Source of the DNA: Octopus vulgaris
Lineage: Eukaryota
Reading direction: 5' to 3'
NCBI GenBank assembly: GCA_951406725.2
Contig: OX597818.1
Coordinates: 57,970,001 to 58,034,000 of the forward strand
DNA: 64,000 bases
Below the pieces are notes generated by a model. That model did not search any database and was not told the origin of the DNA. It was given only the letters and a program-made list of their open reading frames with translations. A program made the position numbers and the translations under genes. How positions within the stretch are numbered: the first letter of the stretch is position 1; each line of letters starts with the position of its first letter. This document shows, one piece after another, positions 1 through 11,962 of this stretch.

Positions 1-55
1 CTGTCCTTGTTTGTCCCCTCTATGTTTAGCCCCCATTGTGTGTAGTAAAGAAATA
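1..55 (+). mobile_element. 3' tail of tRNA-derived SINE family A (cut by window start)
   Basis: ctgtccttgtttgtcccctctatgtttagcccc...gtaaagaaata matches the 3' end of full copies at 9449-9682 and 43940-44172. Confidence 0.85.
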
Positions 56-929
56 ATATTATATACTATTTAATTCAAATCGTTTAAACCGAACCGTGAC
101 TAACAAAACACATTTGAAACAATTGCTGCTTCGTAAAAGGAATGATATAAAAATATATATCGCTTAATTTCCACAGCAAACCATCAAGAATACACAATTA
201 TAAACATGATTCCTTTCGAACAATTCTACGATATTACAGTGAAAGATATCATGATGACATGTCATAGCAGTGGCAATATATTCGTGCTGTACAGATATCC
301 AGCTACTGTTTGGCAAATTCCCTTTATACACTTCGGTTTATCAATTTTACATTATACTTTCGCATTTCTTTTTTATTCATTAACATATCTGATAGAACTG
401 CGAAGAGATTTTGTTTACTTTAATTGTGTTTCACGTTTTTTCAAGTCACCTTGTATAGTGTTTACTGAAGAAACCAAAATAGCATCCATGTTTGAGATAA
501 GACGATGTACAATTAAGTTTTAGATAAAGCGAGGCTTTAGCATGATTACAATAGGCTGGAAGCGTTACTGCCAACAGGGATTAATAGTTAAATATACAAT
601 AATAACAATTTATCGCCTGAAAATATTGCTAATCTCAACGAATTTCTTTTCAATAAGACTGAAATGTGATCCTATAATCTACACATGTTTTCTAAAAGAA
701 TTCTAGAACAATTTCAACATAAGTGCAATTTATTCATAGATGAACATGTATATGCTACAAAAACTCATCGTATACACATCGAAATGCAGACTGACTAAAA
801 TATTTAGTATGGGCATGGCATACACAGACACAGAAATAATATATGTATGTATGACTGCTTGTATGTATGTCTGTATGTATATATGTACGTTTGTATGAAT
901 GCATGTGTGTGTGCATGTAAATATGTACG

Positions 930-955
<26 letters not shown>

Positions 956-960
<5 letters not shown>

Positions 961-1256
961 GAAAGAATTAACAAAATTCCTTTATTTTATTTTCGACATA
1001 TGTTTCGAAGGGTGCATATTCCTAATTTCGAAGGAATAAGGGGTGCGTTATGCTGCCTTCTCATCAGGAACTGTAGGGAACTTGTGTCAGCATCAAGATG
1101 CACAAAAATTCAAAAGAAACACATAAATTTCCACACGATAGCACGTGATCTCTGCCCTAGGCATGTAGCTTCAACCGTGTTTTTCTGACGTGACGTGAAT
1201 TTGCTACCCAGGTATCGGTTAACCGAATTATCCATAATAAGATAATTCAATCAATT
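956..1256. mobile_element. Penelope-type pLTR remnant, family P1, between (TA)n tracts
   Basis: Shares gcatgtagcttcaaccgtg...ttgctacccaggtatcg with 15666-16012 and 58870-59098; left part is inverted and carries a hammerhead. Confidence 0.7.
992..1070 (-). ncRNA. Type I hammerhead ribozyme motif
   Basis: Minus strand: uuc-CUGAUGA-GAAGG...CCUUC-GAAA-CAUAUG-UC-gaa; full core, palindromic stem III, GUC triplet, short stem I. Confidence 0.75.
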
Positions 1257-1554
1257 ATATATATATATTTATATATAATAAAATACGAAATGGGACAAGA
1301 ACGCAAAGCATCAGGACAACTAGATGACACAAAAAGGGACAACAAAACATCCAGATAGACAAGATACAAAAAAAAGGACGGGTCATTCGAAGCCTTATAT
1401 CTTCAGTAAAGAACCGGATCAACCTCATAATTTCGGTTGATTAATCTTGAGATTGTTCCAATCGGACCAGCCCCAAGGAAAAACTAATCTAAGAACATAA
1501 GATTCCTTGGAAAAAAGCATCGAATGTATACGAAAACAAGGACGGAAAAACAGA

Positions 1555-1603
<49 letters not shown>

Positions 1604-1917
1604 AAAGTAAGATAGGGGTTATGGGTGTAACCCACTATGGGATATCAATTATACAATATACTGTTGGTAAAGTACCCACATTCTTAATACATAATGTTTT
1701 TAATTGTAATGCAATTAACTTATTTATTGTATTAAACGGGTGAAGGTAAAGAAATATTTTTACCGTAAATTTATAATACAAATAAGAAAATGGAGAAAGA
1801 AATTTGGTTTGTTCATCAACTTACACATAAATTTGTAAAATGAATAAATAATCGAACATTATAATATCTGTAAGTTGATGAACAAACCAAATACCAAATT
1901 TGTTTCTTATTTGAATG

Positions 1918-1948
<31 letters not shown>

Positions 1949-2521
1949 TCAATATAGGGTAGCAAAAAAAATTTTGTAGAATTCTTTTGCCACCAGCGGC
2001 CTAGTGGGAAAAAATTTAAATAGTCATAAACCATTTTTAAGTTCAACATCACAATCAAGGAACGGCCATAATAGGCCATTCACCCACTAGAAATAACAGC
2101 CAAAAGATTCAACCGCAAAATAACATCAATTCCGTATTACAGGGTAAATGTTTTTTAATTTTCTCCTGGTTTACGGAATTGATGTTATTTTGCGGTTGAA
2201 GCTTTTGGCTGTTATTTCTAGTGGGTGAATGGCCTATTATGGCCGTTCCTTGATTGTGATGTTGAACTTAAAAATGTTTTATGACTATTTAAATTTTTTC
2301 CCACTAGGCCGCTGGTGGCAAAAGAATTCTACAAAATTTTTTTGCCACCCTATATTGATTAATTATGAATTTTCTGGTTAATTCCGTAATGGAATCGGCG
2401 GCTTATATTTATTTGCTGCCGATAAATTTGGCGCGAGTGCGACGATTTGAACATTTTAGGTCAGATATTGACGAGGCTTGAACGGGAATGCCTCGTGAAA
2501 AATATCTGTTCCGACTTGGCT

Positions 2522-2628
2522 ATTTCTTACTGATGAATCTAAGGGCCTATGGTAGATTGGCTTGATTTAATTTAATCAGGTTAGTTTACCATTAAACAGT
2601 AGATGAAACGGTGCATCGTATAAGAAAT
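2522..2628 (+). ncRNA. Type I hammerhead ribozyme, copy 1
   Basis: Stem I auuucuua/uaagaaau; CUGAUGA; stem II AUCUA/UAGAU; GAAA; stem III CGG-UGCA-UCG; GUA triplet, predicted cut after 2620. Confidence 0.9.
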
Positions 2629-3011
2629 TACAGGGTAAATGTTTTTTAATTTTCTCCTGGTTTACGGAATTGATGTTATTTTGCGGTTGAAGCTTTTGGC
2701 TGTTATTTCTAGTGGGTGAATGGCCTATTATGGCCGTTCCTTGATTGTGATGTTGAACTTAAAATGGTTTATGACTATTTAAATTTTTTCCCACTAGGCC
2801 GCTGGTGGCAAAAGAATTCTACAAAATTTTTTTGCCACCCTATATTGATTAATTATGAATTTTCTGGTTAATTCCGTAATGGAATCGGCGGCTTATATTT
2901 ATTTGCTGCCGATAAATTTGGCGCGAGTGCGACGATTTGAAAATTTTAGGTCAGATTTTGACGAGGCTTGAACGGGAATGCCTCGTGAAAAATATCTGTT
3001 CCGACTTGGCT

Positions 3012-3118
3012 ATTTCTTACTGATGAATCTAAGGGCCTATGGTAGATTGGCTTGATTTAATTTAATCAGGTTAGTTTACCATTAAACAGTAGATGAAACG
3101 GTGCATCGTATAAGAAAT
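3012..3118 (+). ncRNA. Type I hammerhead ribozyme, copy 2
   Basis: Identical to copy 1, 490 nt downstream; predicted cut after 3110. Confidence 0.9.
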
Positions 3119-3236
3119 TACAGGGTAAATGTTTTTTAATTTTCTCCTGGTTTACGGAATTGATGTTATTTTGCGGTTGAAGCTTTTGGCTGTTATTTCT
3201 AGTGGGTGAATGGCCTATTATGGCCGTTCCTTGATT

Positions 3237-3288
<52 letters not shown>

Positions 3289-3305
3289 TTTATATATATA
3301 TATAT

Positions 3306-3379
3306 TTTTCCTAGTTTCAGCTCAGAGCTGCGGCCATGCTGTTGCACCGCCGTTTATATATATATATATACATGTATAT

Positions 3380-3426
<47 letters not shown>

Positions 3427-3475
3427 GGCGGTACATAAGCATGGCCGCAGCTCTGAGCTGAAACTAGGAAAAGAA
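3306..3475. repeat. Inverted pair of short SINE/LINE-type 3' tails around a (TA)n spacer
   Basis: 3306-3356 is the near reverse complement of 3420-3475; related to the family C tail ggcggtgctccagcatggccgcag. Confidence 0.75.
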
Positions 3476-3721
3476 AAAGAAATATATATATATACATATA
3501 TACATACGCTTAGAGTTGATTGAACTGATCATGATAGAAGCAACTGTAATCTAATAATGACGATTAGGTAACTCCTATGTTTTGGTTGTTCATGAGTTGA
3601 AATCATGTGTTTATTCCTCACTCTTTAATCAATATACTGTGCTGTAACAAATGGATACAAATATCGCTGTGGCTAAGCGAAGTCATGAGATATGTGTTCG
3701 GGTATATATATATATATATAT

Positions 3722-4247
3722 ATAACATAAGGGACTAAAGCCATCTGAATATGGCTAGGGACAGGGCAGAGTGGTGGGGGTGTTACTGTTGCATTTAGCC
3801 CCAGGCGAACATCGACGTCACCAGAAAGGCCGACACCGTCACGGTGTCCTTAACCTGCAAAGGGAGGTAATTCCCCGATGAAGCGGAAACCACACACGGA
3901 CCATGGTTTCAAGGTGTATTGCCTATCGTCGGCGTGTGGTAGGCTTCCGCTTCCTCGACGAATTCTCACTCTGCAGGATATTCATATATAGATTTTCAAG
4001 CAAAATACATTTGCTGATTTCGAAACTCTGTTCGAAAGCAATAATAATTCTCTAAAAGAGATATAGACAGTAACTGCTCGATAACATAAGGGACTAAAGC
4101 CATCTGAATATGGCTAGGGACAGGGCAGGGTGGTGGGGGTGTTACTGTTGCATTTAGCCCCAGGCGAACATCGACGTCACCAGAAAGGCCCGACACCGTC
4201 ACGGTGTCCTTAACCTGCAAAGGGAGGTAATTCCCCGATGACGCGGA
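3722..4247. repeat. Two near-identical ~165-bp direct copies (3722-3885, 4081-4247) of an unclassified interspersed repeat
   Basis: ataacataagggactaaagccatctgaatatggc...ggtaattccccgatga occurs twice. Confidence 0.8.
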
Positions 4248-4524
4248 AATATATATATATATATATGCGAACAACCTGGGTTTTAAGGAAGGAGCAATAA
4301 AATCCATTCACTTCGTTTGGAGAACAGTAGAATTTATAGGCCTCACATACCGACTGGATTGGTGGAAGGTGTCACTTGTTGCAAATACATCAAGTGATGC
4401 TATTCAGATACGGCTTGATGCATTTTGACCTTGTCGGTTTTGATACGTATCGAGTACACCCAGTGGGACATACGAGAAATGAGTTCTATTGCCTCCTTTA
4501 TATAAGAAAACAGTAAATATATAT

Positions 4525-4770
4525 ATACGACGGCCTTTTTTACGTATATGTGTGTGTATACGTTTGTGTACCTGTCTTTGTCCACCAACATCGCTTGACA
4601 GCAGATGCTGGTGTGTTTACGTCCCAGTAACTTAGCGATTCAGCAAAAGAGAAAGATAGAAGAAGTACTAGGCTTACTAAGAATAAGTCCTGGGCTCAAG
4701 TTGCGTGACTAATGGCGGTGCTACAGCATGGCCACAGTCAAATGACTGAAACAAGTAAAAGAGTAAAGGA
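4525..4770 (+). mobile_element. SINE family C, 3' half
   Basis: gatgctggtgtgtttacgtccc...gcatggccacagtcaaatgactgaaacaagtaaaagag as in 12963-13390. Confidence 0.8.
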
Positions 4771-6413
4771 GTATATCTACAAATGCTTCGCGGTACAGAC
4801 AATAGAGGTTGAAAAATGCAAGGCAGCTCACTCACTCTAGACGTAGCATGGATTTACGCTGTGTCAGCATTAAAGAATTTGCTTCAAATGATTGGCTTGT
4901 CTTAAAAAGACTTTGGCATCAACGAAATTGTTTATTTTGAAATAAATACTTCCATGAAAGGAATCGAATCTTTCTAAAGGAGAAAGAAAATTTCATTGTG
5001 AGAGAGAAAGATAGAAAAGGAGAGAGGATGAGAAAGAGAGAGAGATGGCGTACAATTTTTGTGATTCGCAGTTAAATTAATGTAAGTCAGATGCCAAACT
5101 GATTGAACGGGGCATTAAAAGAAATGGTACTCACAACTGGAAGTACTTGAATCCGTTGCATTATAAATCCGGTGATTTTTAAATTGTCCTGCTTTACGAG
5201 CAATAATGAAATGTGAATCTTTGACTTAACGGTCCTTGAAGTAGTAACAAAGATTTCCACGTATCTTTTATAAGGAGGTAAGTTATAATAGGTTATAGCA
5301 CCCACAAATCAACTTGATCTCGTTAGTTAAAACATTACAGTTACATACGACGATGCTGCTACAAGTTTCCTTACGAAATGGGATTAATCCAAGGCTTGGC
5401 GGAATGGTCTAATTGATACAAACATTTGCTGTAGGGGGATACAGCCGCGTACTCAGAACAAAAACGAAAGGCTGTCGTTTAGGCTGGCTGTCAGATACGT
5501 TTTCGATAGGAATGTCAGCGCCTGTACGTAGGGTAATTACCAGAATTTATATAATTATTCATTTGATGAAATGTATTGGATAAATGTCATATACACACAT
5601 TGATTTGATCCAAATTCACACTATGTATAAAGATGCAATGGCCTTTGAAATTATAACGAAAATCATTTTGTTTTTAAATACTCACAGCAAGTAATCGGTT
5701 CATGACGTACACTAACCCGTGAGAGGTGTTTAGCTGGAGCAAGTTGTATCGAATTCTAATTAAAACTTAGGGAATTATAAACAGCAACATTGTCAGTCAC
5801 GTTAATTAATCTCAGAGAGAAAAATCGTAACAATGCAGTCCATTTTACGTTGCATGTACTTACCCTTATTCTACGCCATCTAGTGTAGGAAATATGTTTA
5901 ACACAGGTCGTAGGTGATCTCATTAAAATTTGTTTGAAGCCTGCCGCATGTAACACTTGAAATTTCCAATTAATATGCTTTGTTCAATACACCTGCATAA
6001 ATATAATCAAGGATGATCATATTGTTTGGATTAATATATTAAGTTAATCACTGGTTACATCGTCGGCGGCGGCGCACGTACTTACGCATGATATAACTAT
6101 TATATGAAAAACTGAATTTTATAGTTGTTTGTTAATACTTTTCACCTTGGCATATGTAACTGTAGTCAAATGCTTCAATTACATATTTGGTTAATTATCT
6201 AACGTTAATTAATTGATTAAACGGAAAGAAACGAATAATTAAGGCATTTATTATTCACATAAAAAATTACTTTACATTATATGTTGTACATGGTAAACGC
6301 AACTGATTTTCTATAAGAACCTGCCAAATTATTCTCCACAATAACATACAATATGTTATTATTAAGAGCATATATTTCAAATTACTCACGAAATACATTA
6401 ATTTGTTCAATAC

Positions 6414-6646
6414 ATATTTCTTTACTACCCACAAGGGGCTAAAAACAGAGAGGACGAACAAGGACAGACAAACGGATTAAGTCGATTATATTGACCCCAG
6501 TGCGTAACTGGTACTTATTTAATCGACCCCGAAAGGATATAAGGCAAAGTCGACCTCGGCGGAATTTGAACTCAGAACGTAAAGACAGACGAAATACCGC
6601 TAAGCATATCGCCCGGCGTGCTAACGATTCTGCCACCTCACCGCCT
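6414..6646 (-). mobile_element. Full-length SINE family A
   Basis: tRNA-like head with B box gagttcaaattcc; 16-bp TSD ttaatttgttcaatac at 6398-6413 and 6647-6662. Confidence 0.9.
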
Positions 6647-6947
6647 TTAATTTGTTCAATACCATTGATCTCATCATCTTTAAGCTACTTCAAATTTAAA
6701 ACCGAAAATTCGCTCAGCAACGACCATTTACAAATTTTTTGTTGCCTCTTTCTTAACATGTTCCCTCCATCCACAGTTAACGTTAGAAATTAGGCACAGT
6801 ATCTCTTCTCTCCATCATCTTTCGGTTCCAATCAATACCTGTGGCTACCTATCATCCCTAGCTTTGTTTAAAAATCTGTATGTTATTTAAAACAAAGAAC
6901 AAAAGAACAAAACAAAACAGAAATGTAGTGTGTGTAAGCATCAATAT

Positions 6948-7452
6948 ATCCGCCGAGGTCGACTTTGCCTTTCATCGTTTCGGGGGTCGATTAAATAAGT
7001 ACTAGTTACGCACTAGGGTCGATATAATCGACTTAATCCGTTTGTCTGTCATTGTTTGTCCTCTCTGTGTTTGGCCCCTTGTGGGTGATAAAGAAATAGG
7101 TATTTCTTCTGCCGCTACGTTCTGAGTTCAAACTTCGCCGAGGTCGACTTTGCCTTTCATCCTTTCGGGGTCGATTAAATAAGTACCAGTTACACACTGG
7201 GGTCGATATAATCGACTTAATCCGTTTGTCTGTCCTAGTTTGTCCCTTCTGTGTTCAGCCCCTTGTGAGTAGTAAAGAGTTAGGTGTTTCGCTCGTCGCT
7301 GCGTTCTGAGTTCAAATTCCGCCAAGGTCGACTTTGCCTTTCATCATTTCGTGGAGGACAAATTAAATACCAGTGAAACACTGGGGGTCGATGTAATCCA
7401 CTTGCACCCTCCCCACCAAATGTGAGGTCGTGTGCCTCCAGTGGAAAGGATT
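6948..7452 (+). mobile_element. SINE family A tandem trimer, 5'-truncated
   Basis: Three consecutive gtcgactttgcctttcatc units; last unit has an alternative tail. Confidence 0.85.
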
Positions 7453-8573
7453 ATATGAACATATTTAATTTTCGGACAAATCGCCCTGAAAGCCAGGAAT
7501 CTTATATTGTACAACGTGCATCCTGATATTCTATAAAATGATGAGATGGAAATTCTTCGACTAACGTTACTCATTGCCCTCCTACTTGAGAGTACAACAG
7601 AGCTTATCTGTCAACAATTTATATTATACATAAAGTAGATTATATAAATGGAACATAAAGCCAAATTGAGAACCAATATTTCAAAAGCATTACGACATGA
7701 ATTTTCCTTCACCAACAGAATTTTATTCACTAACAGAGCAATAAAAAGAAATAACTTACTTAATTCAAAATTCCTGATAATGCATATTATAAAACTTGGA
7801 AATATATAGAAAAATTATGCACCGAATAAAATGAAGGAAAGAGTAATATCTGTAGAAAATAATCCAATAATACAAAATATATTTCCTTTCAAAAGGTTAT
7901 TTTACTTTATGACCTGGTAATGCCATGCTAATAGAACATTCGATTACCATAGAAGAGCTGCGAGCAAAGTAAGGTTTATTTGCTTGGAAAGATATTTGCG
8001 TTATGAATTATATAGGTCAAATCTGTAAGTCATTGAGAAATATGTTTCTTCGATGAGGTCGTAACAAAATCGCTCTGAAAAATTGCAGATAATAGAGAAG
8101 CACGTCGTTGGAGATAAAAGTGTATTCTACCACAAGTATGAGATAATAATTGCATAAAATATGAACTTATCATTATGACAAAAAAGAAATATGAAATTCC
8201 ATAAGTTTGTAAGTGAATCTATTTTATATATATATACATAAAATCATACAGATAAATCATAGAATGCGTCTAGCAAATAATTTCACAATTTCTTTCTCTT
8301 AATAATGAAACCAATGTATGTATATACAAATAGGTAACCGAAATAATCGCAGGTCTTCTCCAAAACACTTATCAGACGGTTTCTAAATGCATTATATCTT
8401 AAGAATAGATATGAGGGAATGAAAGGCAAGTGTAAGAAACATATAAATGAGCAAACAGGAAACGAAACAAAGATATTGTGTTCTGTTGGACGTGAATATA
8501 TTCTGATTTGCACAGTGTAGCATTATAAAACAATATTGTTTTGAATTTAATCTAATATCAGTTTACGTAGAAT

Positions 8574-8957
8574 GGGAAGCACTCCGTCGGTTACGACGAT
8601 GAGGGTTCCGGTTGATCCGAATCAACGGAACAGCCTGCTCGTGAAATTAACGTGTAAGTGGCTGAGCACTCCACAGACACGTGCACCCTTTACGTAGTTC
8701 TCGGGGATATTCAGCGTGACACAGAGAGTGACAAGGCCGGCCCCTTGAAATACAGGTACAACAGAAACAGGAAGTAAGAGTGAAAGAAAGTTGTGGTGAA
8801 AGAGTACAGCAGGGATCACCACCATCCCCTGCCGGAGCCTCGTGGAGCTTTTAGGTGTTTTCGCTCAATAAACACTCACAACGCCCGGTCTGGGAATCGA
8901 AACCGCGATCCTATGACCGCGAGTCCGCAGCCCTAACCACTGGGCCATTGCGCCTCC
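8574..8957 (-). mobile_element. SINE family B (tRNA-Arg-like head), tail type 1
   Basis: Head ggaggcgcaatggcccagtggttagg...ggtttcgattccc; 11-bp TSD ttacgtagaat at 8563-8573 and 8958-8968. Confidence 0.9.
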
Positions 8958-9448
8958 TTACGTAGAATACTCTTAGTGTTAATAAAGACACATTGTCTTG
9001 AAAGGCAACTCTTTGGAGTAAACAGTGACATGTTTCATCATAATGCATTCAGTTCAATGCTAATATGATGCTCGATAACCGCGGAAAATAATTCCAGAAA
9101 TAAGTTAAGGTGTTTGTATAGAGATTTTCCCCCTCCAATTAGAAAACTAGCGTCTTATACGTCTGTATGTACGTGTGTATGTGATGCAAGGAGAAAACAT
9201 ACAGAAGCTCGAAAAGTTCTACTTTTCACTACAATAATGCCTCGATTATCGCGTATGTTACCTTCCAAAAACCACTGCGATATGTGCAAGTCCGCGAAGT
9301 GGAAAGAGTACTCTATTGTATTTTCTTATTATCATTTTTATAATTTGTAAATGTTTAATTTATTATAAATTGAAAACAACATCACAGTGGAATCGACGTA
9401 AGTTTAAATAATTACCTACGATAGGCGAACCGCGATATGGCGAGGGAT

Positions 9449-9682
9449 AAGGCGACAGGCTGGCAGAAACGTTAGCACGCCGGGCGAAATGCGTAGCCGT
9501 ATTTCGTCTGTCGTTACGTTCTGAGTTCAAATTCCGCCGAGGTCGACTTAGCCTTTCATCCGTTCGGAGTCGATTAAATAAGCACCAATTAAGCACTGGG
9601 GTCGGTTTAATCGACTTAATCCGTTTGTCTGTCCTTGTTTGTCCCCTCTATGTTTAGCCCCTTGTGGGTAGTAAAGAAATAA
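9449..9682 (+). mobile_element. Full-length SINE family A
   Basis: 14-bp TSD atatggcgagggat at 9435-9448 and 9683-9696. Confidence 0.9.
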
Positions 9683-9769
9683 ATATGGCGAGGGATTACT
9701 GCATATCCAATAGGAAATCATTCACATCATGAAAATTATCTCCTTTAACCACATGGGAGACATAGATAT

Positions 9770-10084
9770 ATCACCATGATCACCGTGACCGACCAGACTA
9801 TCAGATGTTGCTACACATCGCTGGTCACAATGCGCTTTGGATTGTTTTTTTAGCCTTCAAATGACGCCACCCCACTGGCTAAGCGAGCAGGCCAACAGAA
9901 GAAAGATTGAGATAAAGTTGTGGCAAAAGAGTACAGCAGGGACTGTCACCACCCTCTGCCGGAGCCTCGGCAAGCTTTAAGTGTTTTCGCTCAATAAACA
10001 CTCACAACGCCCGGTCTGGGAATCGAAACCGCGATCCTACGACCGCGAGTCCGCTGCCCTAACCACTGGGCTATTGCGCTTCCA
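9770..10084 (-). mobile_element. SINE family B, tail type 2
   Basis: Same head as 8574-8957; different 3' half shared with 33241-33538. Confidence 0.85.
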
Positions 10085-10107
10085 CACATAGATATATATA
10101 TAAGATA

Positions 10108-10499
10108 CTAGCAGTATCGCCCGGCGTCGCTCGGTTTTGTAAGGGAAATAACTATATAAGCGTTTTTAGAGAGTTATAGCCAAAAAAATAGCAAAAAAAT
10201 GCATTAAAAATGGAAAAAAAATGATGGTAAATTTTTTTTTAAATCATTGACTCATCGTGGACATTTACTTCCCTTATATAATAGCGAAACAAATGCATTA
10301 AAACGGAAAAAAAATTATGGTAATTTTTTTTTATCGTAGACTCATCGTGGACGCGCGCTAATACCCAGAAGGGCTCGATATGAATCGCGACTATAAGATA
10401 CCCGGTTTTGGTTAAACTGCACCGTAAAATATGGGAGTAGTTAGGAATCTAAATCGTAGGAGACAGACAGACACACAACCTCTCTTTTATATATAAAGA
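10108..10499 (-). mobile_element. Non-autonomous Helitron
   Basis: Minus strand 5' TC..., subterminal GC-rich hairpin, CTAG 3' end, inserted between A and T; second copy at 17889-18297. Confidence 0.85.
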
Positions 10500-11099
10500 T
10501 ATTTTGTTTGTTATGTTAAAGACAATTTTTTGGAATGATGGCTTAATTACAATGCAATAGACATGCATTTCATAGAAACTAAATTATACTTCCGATTACG
10601 AATAATAAAACAATAATTGCAGTTTTATATTTTGATTAACTACGAGATGTATTCGGGAAATATATTGTGGTCTGTTTAGGTATATATCTTGCCTCTTATA
10701 ATTATGTGAGATATGGATTTCCAGCGTATACATTAATATAATAATGCACTAAAAAATGTGTTAATACGATAACGACGGCCATTAATCATATGAAATGAAA
10801 ATTCTAGATGCCTCTTTCCTGCATTCATTGGCAAAGCATATGTAAGGAAGCAATAAAATATGTATTTTAAGTTGAAATAACCATAATTCATGTCTTCTGC
10901 TGCATTAGTTTTACTATACCGAAGCAATAAAATTATAACATTTATTCCTTTCGAATCAATCTTGTAAAAATGATACGTTAATAAAGCGAATGATAATAAC
11001 ACGGTTTCTATGGTAAATTCCTCGAAATATTCACACGACTCGCGGTTTTTGAGAAACAGAAGTACCAAAGGTAGTCATGAGTTTATGAAACGCGCTTCA

Positions 11100-11307
11100 C
11101 ACACACACATACATACATACATACATAAATACATACATACACACACACACATACATACATACATACATACATACATACATAAATACATACATACATGCAT
11201 GCACACATACATACATACATACATACATACATACATACATACATACATACATACATACATACATACATACATACATACATACACACATACATACATACAT
11301 ACATACA
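11100..11307. repeat. (ACAT)n microsatellite
   Basis: Direct reading. Confidence 0.95.
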
Positions 11308-11428
11308 TGAGACCCACTTCGGTCCTGACTGACCATGGGATTGCTCCTAGAAAGTTACCCTCCCAGGCACAAATCCGGGCGAGGTTGTTTATGGAAGACC
11401 AGCAATCGCCCATGCATAACGGCCTCTC
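11308..11428 (-). mobile_element. SINE family D, 3' fragment
   Basis: Reverse complement similar to 24025-24137. Confidence 0.75.
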
Positions 11429-11962
11429 ACACATACATACATAGAGATACATACATATATAATGCATGCATACATACTACATACATATGTGTGTATGTAT
11501 GTAAAGGCAGTATAAACATCATCAGCATTTGCATTCAGATCGTAAACAACCAGAAAAATGTGAATGCTTACATCTGACGCACTCATAACTCTGGCATTTT
11601 GTCGTGATTTGATAATAATTAAGTTACTTTCATAATCACTAATGATGTACTTAATGTTGATTGACATGACAGATTAAGGAACACTACAAGTGGTGAACAT
11701 GACAACATGATGTCCTGTAGTACTCACAATAAAACTTAGAGACAAAATTTAGAGGTTTAGTTTGTAGAGAGTCAGAAAATGTAACAAGTTAAAGAAAGAC
11801 ATCTTAATAGTATGTGTGATATTTTCCTTAAATGTGTTAAATATGGGTGTAACGTTAAGTGGACATGTTTTCTAACCAATTCATTATGATAAAATTAAAT
11901 GTTTTGAGGTGGCCAAAGCGATAATGGACAATACTAGGTAAAATATAGATTTTAAATCCTGA

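Larger units (their letters stand above)
1944..3240 (+). mobile_element. Non-coding hammerhead-containing tandem repeat (~490-bp unit, ~2.25 copies) with 5' inverted arm; retrozyme-like or PLE pLTR array
   Basis: Direct units start at 2136, 2627 and 3117; 1944-2136 is the reverse complement of 2172-2363; (TA)n on both sides; no transposon-like ORF. Confidence 0.85.

Noticed and set aside
1376-1410. Possible minus-strand hammerhead CUGAAGA...CGAAUGAC
   Set aside because: GAAA core broken and stem II does not pair convincingly
6439-6793. Recurrent ORFs such as LRSEFKFRRGRLCL or RPRRNLNSER
   Set aside because: Translations of SINE family A copies
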